A stretch of DNA of 64,000 nt from Mustelus asterias (taxonomy: Eukaryota): positions 11,842,001-11,906,000 of the forward strand of contig NC_135825.1 of NCBI RefSeq assembly GCF_964213995.1. The letters run 5' to 3'. Below are positions 1-10,466 of this stretch, piece by piece. Within the stretch, counting starts at the first letter, position 1, and the number at the start of each line of letters is the position of its first letter. The notes beneath the pieces were generated by a model. That model was not told the DNA's origin. It made no database searches and saw only the letters and a program-made list of their open reading frames with translations. A program made the translations under genes and the position numbers.

Positions 1-192
1 ATTCTCTGGCTGTGCATGCCAATGGGATTTTCCAGTCCCGCTGCAGTGATTTGGCTGAGTGCCAAATTCTCCAGTTTTGCCAGCAATGGCGTTTCAGCGT
101 GAATGGTCAGAAAATTCCGGCCAATGTCTTTAGGTGCTGTTGGGTACAGGGGCAAATATGATAAGAAAAGTGCCCTGAGATATTTTATGTCA

Positions 193-303
193 TGATGTGG
201 AGATGCCGGCGTTGGACTGGGGTAAACCTGTTCCGAAAGCTCGTGGCTTTTGCGACCAAATAAACCTGTTGGACTTTAACCTGGTGTTGTTAGACTTCTT
301 AAC
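193..303. mobile_element. Penelope-derived short inverted element
   Basis: 13-bp TSD ATATTTTATGTCA (180-192, 304-316); starts GATGTGGAGATGCCGGCGTTGGACTGGGG. Confidence 0.75.
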
Positions 304-1469
304 ATATTTTATGTCACCAGAACAGGTTGACAGGATCACAACTCCTTATCTGGAAGCAACCACTGTCCTTCAGTGTCAGGGTAAGGATTAGCGTGGAATG
401 GGGCCTGAAACTTTAACCCAGCTGAGTCAGAGATATCTGAGATACCTTGACGGCCCACAGTGTGAGATCTTTGTGACTCAGAAATGCTGTTGTTGGCCAG
501 GTTATCAAGAAAAGCTCTCCTACTTTTCTTTGAAATAATATCAAGAGACCTTTTCTGTCCAACTGAGAGAGAAGACAGGTTTCATCTGAAAGGCAGCACC
601 TCTGACAATTCCTTAATAATGGACGGGAGCATCAGGTTAGATATTCGTGCTGGAGTCTCTGGAACATGACTTCAGTCCACAACCTTCTAAATCAGAAACA
701 GAGGGCTGGACTTTTGGCCATGCTCACCCCAAAACCGGAAAACCCTGGCCAAGGTCAATGGACTTTTGCATGTTTCGCCCACTACCCACTATGATTCTCG
801 TGGCAGGCAGGATGGAAAATTTCCCCCGTAGAGTGCGACCAACTGGAAAGCAGCAGGTGCTAGAAACAGAAAGAGCTTTGTGTATTATTCCAAAAGGAAG
901 AGGGGCGAAGTGAGAACACATTTGGAGGAAGAGCGCTACTTTTAAACTAATGGAGCTGTACCATTCAAATGCTGCCTCATTTGGGACTTCCTCATAGCTT
1001 ACGATTTGAAACAGGAAGTTGCATTTATATAACATTTCTCAAGACTTCAGTACCTTAAACTAGTCTTGTGGGATTCTTTTAGGTCCAACTAAAAAGAAAA
1101 AAACGGACTGCAATTTAACATTTCATCCAAAAGGCTGCATTGTCGACTGAAATCTCAGCCTCGATTATCTGCTCTTAGTGCATGGAGTGGGACTTGAACC
1201 CAACCATTCTGAATCAGAAGTGAGATTTTACCATTGGCACCTAAATGTTAACTGTACTGATAAAGGGTTTTATTTTTGCCAGTGCTGTAGCGTATGTGTC
1301 TGTGGCGGTGAATGATGTGGAACCTGCGACAGGACTGCAAAGAGCTGGTTGTGCATGTTCCATTATAGCTCACAGTGACCTGCCCAAACCTGGGAAGAAA
1401 CAGAGATAGGGAAAAATGACGAGGAACAGATAATTAACACAAACAGCAGAAGAAAAAAAAGTGATTTGT

Positions 1470-1870
1470 ATTTGCTTAGCACCTTTTACAACCACAGGGC
1501 ATTTTACACCCATCGAAATCTTGCTGAAGTATGATGTTGGAAATTCTGCAGCCAATTTGTGCACGGCATGCTCCCAGAAACTGCAATATAATAATGAGCA
1601 AACCATCTCTTTCAGTGATGCTGATTGTGTAACAAATATTGGTCTGGACATCAAGAATAACTCTGCTCTTCAAAATAGTGCCATGTGATCTTTGAAATCT
1701 ACCTGAGAGAGCAGAGTGGGCCTCAGTCTCATATTTCATCTAAAAACAAAGGCATCTTCAACAGTGCGGCACTCCCTCAGTGCTGCACAGGAGCTTCAGT
1801 CTAGATATTTGGGCCGGGGTGTCTGGAGGTTGCCTTCAAACCGCAGCCTTCTGACTCAGAGGCTAGCTGA
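1470..1870 (-). mobile_element. Deu-domain SINE (SacSINE1-like); other degraded copies at ~430-715, 18790-19062 with 23031-23122, and 26030-26160 with 28231-28400
   Basis: Reverse complement resembles the Deu core (GATGA...GAGGCCC...CTCTCAGGT...AAAGATC.CATGGCACTATTT.GAAGAGCAG). Assignment from recalled consensus. Confidence 0.65.
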
Positions 1871-3872
1871 CTCCAAGGAAAAGGGAAACAGCAGAAGTAT
1901 CGATGTTAGTTGTTCCAAAAGGAAGCGGTGCAAAGGGAGAACATAGTATGAGAAAAGCGAGTGGTAAATTCAAACAGTGCTAGTTTTAAATCAATAAAGA
2001 ATGAAATGAAGAAATTGTGGTATATAGTAACCAATGGATGCAGGCAACCGGCAATCAATCATTTTGCATTTTAGCCCATATCAGCACGCTGTGTTTATCT
2101 CCCGAGAGAGAGAGAGAGTGTAATTAATCAAACCTGTCTTTCTGTCATCTTCAATGAGATTTCGGGATACCTGTTTCCTCCCACAGTCTGAAAGACGTGC
2201 TGGTTAGATGCATTGACTCGAACAGACGCCGGAGTGTGGCGACTAGGGGAATTTCACAGCAACTTCATTGCAGTGTTCATGTAAGCCTTACTTGTGACTA
2301 ATAAGTAAGCGTTACTTTACGTATGAAGGCTGTGGCCAGTGTCCTCAACACAGTCACACGGGACACTGCTGGATTTCAACAAGGGTTTGGCCACATGTTC
2401 TAGTTTTACCATGCTCAATGCCTGCTTCAGAATTTGTAATTCCCGGCTTTTGGCTACACCAGAGGTGGCCAACCTGGAGCCACAACCATACCTGCGGATC
2501 TCCAGCCTTGACAGTGTAGCCTGGATAAAGTCGCCCTATCGATATTCCTCATTTTCGGGTCTGTTGTTTGTGAAATAAACATGAATCAGAACATCCAGAT
2601 CCATGAGCAGAGATGCAAATTAACGGGAATAAAGAGAATATAGTGAGGATGCTGGAAATCTGAAATAAAAAAAATAAAGTTTTTCTTTGTTCATTCATGG
2701 CATCGCTGGCTGGGCCAGCATTTATTGCCCATCCCTGAGAGCAGTTAAGAGTCAACAACGTTGCTGTGATTCTGGAGTCACATGTAGGCCAGACAATTTC
2801 CTTCCCTAAAGGACATTAGTGAATCAGATGGGTTTTTATGACAGTGGTTTCATGGTTATCGTTAGACTTTTAATTCCAGATTTTTAATGAATTCAAGTTT
2901 CACCATCTGCCATGGTGGGATTTGAACTTAGATCTCCAGCGCATTACTCCGAGTCTCTGGATTACTAGTTCAGTGACAATACCACTATGCCACTGCCTCC
3001 CCTCCGACGGAAAGTGCTGGGAAAAATCTGCAGGTCTGGCAGCCTCTGTGGAGAGAGAAACAGAGTTAACATTTTGAGTCAAATATGACTCTTTTCAGAA
3101 CTCCAAATGAAGGAGAACAATGATTTAAACTTCAAAGTGTGGAATTTCAGATGTCTGTCTTCCGAGGCACACTGATTTGGGGCAGAGATCAAATACCTGC
3201 CTGAAGACAATTGGGGAAATGCAGGTGTAAGCGTGTGACAATGCTGGAGGAGGTAGAGTGAGGTAAACATGCTCTCCAATAGGATGTGAGCAGTAGAGTT
3301 TGAATGGGCTGCAGTCTGTAAGGACTGGAGGATAGGAGGCCACCAGCATTTTATACATCAAATTTGGAGTCTTTTTATTCCAGTAGAATGAAGCTAGAGG
3401 ATGGATTTACAAATCACTGGAAAGGGATAGAAATGCTGGATGCAGAAGAATTATTTCCCAGCAGAATCCCCTACCCCTGCTGCACTGTGAATATTTTCAT
3501 TTTGTTGTAATTCTTCCTTCCAAGCCAAATAAATAATTTATCACGGTAAGGTGAGGAACATTTAAAATATAATCATGAGAAGTTGGTTTGGGGACTGCCA
3601 CTCAGGGTGCTGTTTCTTTCACTGAGAGCCTAATTTCAGAAAATGTGTGTCAATGTTCATCTCCATCATACACCGAGCCTGGCAGTTTGCAGAGTGCAAC
3701 ATGGCCAAAAATCCACTGTGCTCAAAATATACTATCGGAAGTCATTTTAACTTTGATTCCTGATGTTGAAGCTTGTATTAGGACAATGATCTTTCACCCA
3801 ATATGTAACGTGTGTCCTGGATTGCAAGGCCCAAAACTGTGCATGGAGATCTGTTCAAAGTGCCCAAGCCAT

Positions 3873-4669
3873 TGTGATGATACTGTACCTTTAAGAAACC
3901 CATTTGAGTCATGTATCTTATGCAGGATTGTTTTTTTAACAGTCTGTTCTAACCATTGCCCCGGGGTCTATAACTTGTCTTGTTACTGCAGCAGCATAAT
4001 TGATTGTAATTGCTAGAATGTTTGTTTTAATCTGGACTAATATTGTTCTATTGTTTTAGTGTTCCCCTGGGATTTTGCAGAGTAGGGCTTGATTAACAGG
4101 TAAGGTCATGTGACTGGGTGGAGCTCGGCTTACAGAATATTCAAGTTTAAACACTACTTGGAGCTGGAGAGAGCAATGCCTCTCTTTTACCATCTCTGTA
4201 GTCTGGAGACTGGGAGCTGCCAGAGACTAGGTTTACTTCTCTCAAATTTTGCTGTTTTGAGGATATATCCTTCTCTGGAAACTGCTGTCTGTATCTCCAT
4301 CCAGAAGTGTTAAAAGGCTGGAAATCTAGCATCATGTGAGTATACTTGTTTTTGTGTTAACTAATTCTGAGAAAAGGTGCATATCTATGGGAATATTGCT
4401 TTAAATTGGAACAATAGAGACGGTTAGCTGTTAAGAATTATATTTTGTCATGTTAGTATTTTAATTGGTAAAAGTTATGCAAATTCTTTTTGCAATATTC
4501 TAACTCTTAAATAAAGTTTATTTTGAGAAAAGCTTCCTAGTAGGCTACTTGAATCGTACCTGGAGTGAAACACTTTACGCTCACCCTAATGCTAAAATCA
4601 AATGTAAAAGTTGGGGTCGAGGCTAACTTCATACTATACCACGGTATATTTCTGGCCTGGTCTTTAACA
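3873..4669 (+). mobile_element. Solo LTR related to 46872-47606
   Basis: TGTGATGATACTGT...TTAACA, CCAT/TCAT flanks, shared CCTGGAGTGAA block, AATAAA. Confidence 0.65.
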
Positions 4670-5558
4670 TCATTTCTGTGCCTCCTCCCATCAATTCCTG
4701 TTTTCTACTGTGGCAATTATTGTGACTTTTCTTTTCCCGATAGCTCCAAGAATCCCATCAATTAGTTTCCAGTGGAATCCTCACCTTCTGGGACTGTCAA
4801 ACTTTCATCTACACGCTGAGATTAATTCCAAAACCTTAATGGAACAAGGCTTGGGAAGTGATGGGAATATTATTTCTGCAGAACTCAACTCGACAATATA
4901 GCTGCTAAATTAGCACCACTGATGAGGGCTTCTGTGATGTAGAGAGACTGGAGAAGATGGAGTTCTTCTTCAGAGAGAAGAGAAGGTCATGCAGAGATTG
5001 AATAGAGATATTCAATATTGTGAAGATGCAGTGGCAGGAACATCAGCAACTAGTGCAACCGATTGGTAATGACAACCAGAAGTGAGCAAATTATGAACTG
5101 GAGTGCGCTGCCTGAAAGGGCAGTGGAAGCAGATGGAATAATACCTTTCCAAACAGGGTAGTATATATACTGGACAAGGTTTTGCGGAAGAGTGGGACTA
5201 ACTCTTTCAAAGAGCCAGCACAGGCATGAAGGCTGAATGGCCTTCCTCTGTGCTCAATGGTTTGCTCCCTCCCCTCACCCCACCCCGTGTCTTGTTTTCT
5301 GGCAGTGGAGACAGCTCACAATTGGCTGCCAGTGGGATCTTCTGGTCTCACGGATGTCTATGGCAGTTTATGTGGCTCACCCATCCTGCCGCTGGTGAAC
5401 CCTCCATGGGAGAGATGCCTTCAGTGGGACAGGAAGATCCTGTGGTGGGAGGGGCTGGAAAATCCCACCCACAGTTGCTGCAGCTGTTTTGTTACACGAA
5501 GATAAAATTGGTGGATTCATTCCATCAGGACCATCGTGAGCAGAGTTGAGTAGGTTTT

Positions 5559-5880
5559 GGGTGGCACAGTAGCAAAGTGGTTAGCCCTCCTGACTCACAG
5601 CTCCAGGGACCCAGGTTCAATTCCAGCCTTGGGTGACTGTGTGGAGTTTGCGCGTTCTCCCAATGTCTGCCTGAGTTTCCACCGGGTGCTCCGGTTTCCT
5701 CCCACACCTCAAAGATGTGCAGGCTAGGTGATTGAAACATCGTAAATTGTCCCTTAGTGTCAGGAGGATTGGCAGGGTAAATATGTGGGGTTACAGGAAT
5801 AGGGCCTGGATGGGATTATTGTCAGTGCAGGCTTGATGGGCTGAATGGCCTCCTTCTGCACTGTAGGGATTCTAGGTTCT
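5559..5880 (+). mobile_element. HE1-type V-SINE
   Basis: tRNA-like head with A/B boxes, V-domain GGGTTTCCTCCGGGTGCTCCGGTTTCCTCCCACA-like core, CR1-like tail. Confidence 0.85.
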
Positions 5881-6836
5881 GCAGACCTGTGTCATTTTGG
5901 TGAAGACTGCACGGGCGTAACTTGGATTGGCTGAGTGGCTCTGTTGGTTGAGAATCAGAGGCCACATCCTTGAAGAAAGGTGCTGGACCCTCTGATCAGA
6001 TAGTTTCACAGCGGTACAATTCTGGAAAGGGGTAAATAAACATGTGCAGCAAAGAATCAGGTTTCACTAATTATAAAGGGTGTCATAGTACCTTTCTGAA
6101 ATAGAGTGTAATTGCACTGTGAGACAGATGTAATTATAAATATTTTCAGTGCTGCAGCTGTGTGATTTATGTTGGGATATCAGCATTCATCCTTCTCTCG
6201 TATCATCAATAATGTACAGAAATATGTAAAGGTGGAAGGTCAGGCTGGAGGGCTATTCAAAAAAAGAAAATTGCATCCTTAGCGTTATTAATAAGGGAGT
6301 AGAGAATAAAAGTAAGGAAATGCTTTATAAATGTTAAGCCTCTACTGCGTTCAATTCAAGACATTACAGGAATGAAATAAATGCAGAATATAGTTTTTGC
6401 AGGGTTACATTTGGTGTAAATGATACTTTGAAACTGATATAGTTGTGCATATTCTTTTTATTGCATTTTATTCATTCTTGAAGAAATTATAGTATCACAT
6501 GCTTTATACCAGCACCAGACAATATATAGATAACTCAATAAAATAAGGTACACTTTAATGAATACACCAATGATACATAAATTCAAAATGGCTCAGTTGA
6601 AATTAAGACAACATTTTTTGGGAAAAAAAAACTGGAAAACACAAATGAATAAAGCTAAAATTATTTAAAACACTGGCACAAGTTTGCATTGAATTGCATA
6701 GAATGTTCAGTATAAAAATAGGCCAAGTAGCTGTGCTGTTAATGCTCCATACAAGTTTCTTTCCATTCTATCTACCTGATCTCATCTTGTTACTCCCTTT
6801 TCTCTCATATGGTTTCCATTTGTAAGCATCAAAGTT

Positions 6837-7072
6837 TGTAATAACTCCTCCGAGGTCGGTGTCCCTTCACCCAACATGGATTTATTTACATAAGTCAGCA
6901 ACTCTCAGACAGGTATTTCCTCATACAGAGTAAAACCCGGAGTGCCAGTAACCCTGACACTCAATATTATATACACATGCAGGCCTTCCTGATTGAGCAA
7001 GCCATTACTGCCTTAATCAGGGAGCTCATATTCTAAGAGGTCCACATTGTGTACCTTGTCAAAGTCATTACA
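6837..7072 (-). mobile_element. Candidate short solo LTR
   Basis: TGTAAT...ATTACA inverted ends, with minus-strand TATA-like and AATAAA motifs. No clear TSD. Confidence 0.45.
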
Positions 7073-7171
7073 TTGTTATTTGCATCAATCGCTTCCTTTG
7101 ATTGCAGTACTCTATTGTCTATGTAAAGAGATTTCTCCTTTTTTCCCTGTTGGATTTCTTAGTAACTACAT

Positions 7172-7458
7172 GTTGGCACAGTGGTTCGAATTGCTGCCTC
7201 ACAGTTTCAGGGACCTGGGTTCGATTCCCGGCTTGGGTCACTGTCTGTGCGGAGTTTGCATGTTCTCTATGCGTCCGCGTGGGTTTCCTCCAGATGCTCC
7301 AGTTTCCTCCCACAGTCTGAAAGACGTGCTGGTCTTTCGTGCTAAATTCTCCCTCAGTGTACCCAAACAAGTGTCGGAGTGTGACAAATAGGGGATTTTC
7401 ATAGTAACTTAATTGCAGTGTTAATTTAAGCCTACTTGTGACATTAATAAATAAACTT
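7172..7458 (+). mobile_element. V-SINE variant with alternative tail (also ~2172-2320 +, 36820-36958 -, 52440-52730 -, 53700-53998 +)
   Basis: Same head and V-domain as HE1, but the tail is ...GTAACTT(C/A)ATTGCAGTGTTAAT..AAGCCTACTTGTGAC...AATAAA. Confidence 0.8.
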
Positions 7459-7869
7459 TAAAAAAAAACTTAAGGCCTGAATTCTCCACTTCACACACCC
7501 TACTACCACTCCCAGTGGAAACAGAGAACTTGACACACAGCCAAATCTCCATTCACAGCGGTGGGACTGGAGAATCCCAGCCGCAGGCGAGGTCGGAGAA
7601 TTCCGGTCTACATTTATAGTCCTTAGTTTTGCATTGTCCAACAAGTGGAAACATTCATCTACATCAATTCAGCAATTTGCCCTTAGAGTCCATGTGAATT
7701 AATCTTTGTCATGAGTCTATTGTACAGTATCTTATCAAATATTTCTTTAAAATCAAATAACATTACATATGGCATATTAACCTTCATTAACCATCTTCAA
7801 AAAATACTATTGAGTTAGGCATTTTGCGATTCATGTTGACTATTTTTAGTTATATTTTCTTTTTAAAAA

Positions 7870-9265
7870 AATCCAGTTATAGGATATGTGTATCGCTGGC
7901 TAGGCCAGCATTTATTGCCTGTCCCTATTGCCCTTGAGAAGGTGGTGGTGAACTGCCTTCTTGAACCACTGTAGTCTCTGTGATGTATGTACATCCACAG
8001 TGCTGTTAGGGAGGGAACTCCAGGATTTTGACTCAGTGACAGTGAAGGTACGGCGATATATTTTCAAGTCAGGATGGTGAGTGGCTTGGAGGGGAACCTG
8101 TAGGTGGTGGTGTTCCCATGTGCCTGTGGCCTGTGTCCTTCCTATGTTAATGGTTTTGGGTTTGGAAGATGCTGCCTCAGGAGCCTTGGTGAATTCATGC
8201 AGTGCATCTTTTGATTGTACACACTGCTGCCACTCTGCATCAGTGGTGGAGGGAGTCAATGTTTGTGGAAGGGGCACCAATCAAGAGGACTGCTTTGTTC
8301 TGGATGGTGTTGAGCTTCTTGAGTGTTGGTGGAGCTGCACTCATCCAGGCAAGGGGAGAGTATTCCATTACACTCTTGATTTGTGCCTTGTAGATGGTGG
8401 ATGGGCTTTGAGGGAAGCCAGGATGTGAGTTGCTCACTGCAGGATTCCTTGTCTCTGACCTGCTCTGGGAGTCACATTATTTATATAGGTAATCCAGTTC
8501 AGTTTCTGGCAAATGGTAACGCCCAGGATGTTGATGGTGGGGGATTCAGCAATGGCAATGCCATTGAATGTCAAGGGGACATGGTTAGTGAGGTAACTTG
8601 ACATAAGTAGACAAATTTGTTTTGATGCTTAACCTTCTTTACTTAACAAAAATATAAAATAAACAGTACAGCATGGACACTGACAACTATGCACAGGTCA
8701 TTCATGGCTACAGTAATAACCTGCATAATCCCACACTACCAATGACATCACTTGCGCATGCTCACACTTACTAAAGACATCAGCATACATATTCAAATAG
8801 GAAAATGCTTACTGTACCCACTGTTAGTTAGATTTTCTCTTGTTGGAGATGGTCATCGCTTGGTGTGGCATAAATGTTACTTGCCACTTGTTAGGCCAAT
8901 CCTGGATATTGTCCAGGTCTTGCTGCATTTGGACATGGATTGTTTCAGTGTCTGAGGAGTCGCAAATGGTGTTGAACATTGTACAATCATTAGTGAACAT
9001 TCCCACTTCCGGCGTTATGATGGAAGGAAGGTCACTGATGAAGCAGCTGAAGATGGGGAGGCCCAGAACATTCCCTTGAGAAACTCCTGCAGTGATGCCC
9101 TGGAACTGAGATGATTGACCACCAACAACCACAACCATCTTCCTTTGTCTAGGTATGACTCCAACCAGTAGAGAGCTTTGTCCCTGATTCCCACTGACTC
9201 CAGTTTAGCGAGGCCACACTTGCCTTGATATCATGGGCAGTCACTCGCACCTCACTGTGGAATTC
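7870..9265 (-). mobile_element. Degenerate L2/CR1-clade LINE 3' end
   Basis: GVSQGNVLGLPIFSCFISDLPS, IYKAQIKSVMEYSPLAW; 3' tail GGCAATAAATGCTGGCC. Unrelated insertion at ~8590-8825. Confidence 0.8.
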
Positions 9266-9733
9266 AGCTGTTTTGTCCACATTTGAAACAAGAACAGAAA
9301 ATGCTGGAGAAACTCAGCAGGTCTGACAGCATCTGTGGAGAGAGAATAGAACCAAGGCTGCACTGAGGTCAGAAGCTGAGTGCCATCAACTCCTGACCTC
9401 ATTATAGATGTTCTTCGGTCACTAACTTAGAGCTCAAACATATAATTTCCTGACTTGGAGACAAACATTTGATGTTCAACAAAGCAGACCTCTTAGAGCT
9501 GTTATATTATGGAGGGCTTGTTTGGGTATTTGGGGAAATAAGCACTGGTTTGGGTGCCATAAGGCTTGATATTGGGAACACTACTATTTCTCATTAATAT
9601 AAATGACCTGGACTCAAAACTCAAGCTAAATTGATCTCATTTGTTGATGATACCAAACTGGGATGATCAGTGGAAATGGCAGAAATAACTCTCAAGTGAT
9701 AAGAGTTGCATGGGGTCACGACTCAGGTGACTC

Positions 9734-10063
9734 CATAGAACCACAGAACCCCACAGTGCAGAAGGAAGCTATTTGGCCCATCGGGTCTGCACCGATCACA
9801 ATCCCACCAAGACCCTATCCCCATAACCCTATGCATTTACACTAGCTGGTCCTCCTGACACTAAGGGGCAATTTAGCATGGCCAATCCACCTAACCTGCA
9901 CATCTTTGGACTGTGGGAGGAAACTGGAGCCCCCGGAGGAAACCCACACGGACATGGGGAGAGCATGCAGACTCCACACAGACAGTGACCCAAACCGGGA
10001 ATCGAACCCAGGTCCCTGGCGCTGTGAGGCAGCAATGCTAACCACTGTGCCATCGTGCCGCCC
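9734..10063 (-). mobile_element. HE1-type V-SINE just downstream of the gene A stop
   Basis: Full-length reverse-complement match to the other copies. Confidence 0.88.
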
Positions 10064-10157
10064 AGTCTTCTGACTCTTGTCATAAGAAATTCAATGCAAC
10101 TGAAATACAAAGTAAGATGGAACAGTAGAAAACACTTGCAACACATGAATGATGTTC

Positions 10158-10466
10158 CTACCGATTAACAGTAGCATAAACTGTCATTTGAGAATCTTGC
10201 GGAGTATTGAGTGATGGAGCTGTTTTGTTGGGTTGGCTTTGAACACTGATGGTACTGTAGGTGACTGTGTCCGTGTTGTTAACTGAGTGCCTTTCCACCT
10301 CACCACTCAGTGCTGGGGATTTCTTTTGAAACTGCACTGCTGCATAAGTAATTTTGCTTTCATTATTATTGAACTGGATGTTTCCCTCGCTGTGCGTTCC
10401 TGCGGAGATACTTCGAATGGCATTTATGTTTGCATATACAGTGCTCCCTTCCGCTGCTTCCAGTTG
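10158..10466 (-). CDS. Gene A exon 7, cytoplasmic tail with four tyrosine motifs
   Basis: ttttatattgtag|CAACTG...[20 protein letters not shown]...KITYAAVQF...TVTYSTI...[10 protein letters not shown]. Not in the ORF track because the frame has no early start codon. Confidence 0.9.
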   Translation of the reverse strand, partial: QLEAAEGSTVYANINAIRSISAGTHSEGNIQFNNNESKITYAAVQFQKKSPALSGEVERHSVNNTDTVTYSTISVQSQPNKTAPSLNTPQDSQMTVYATVNR

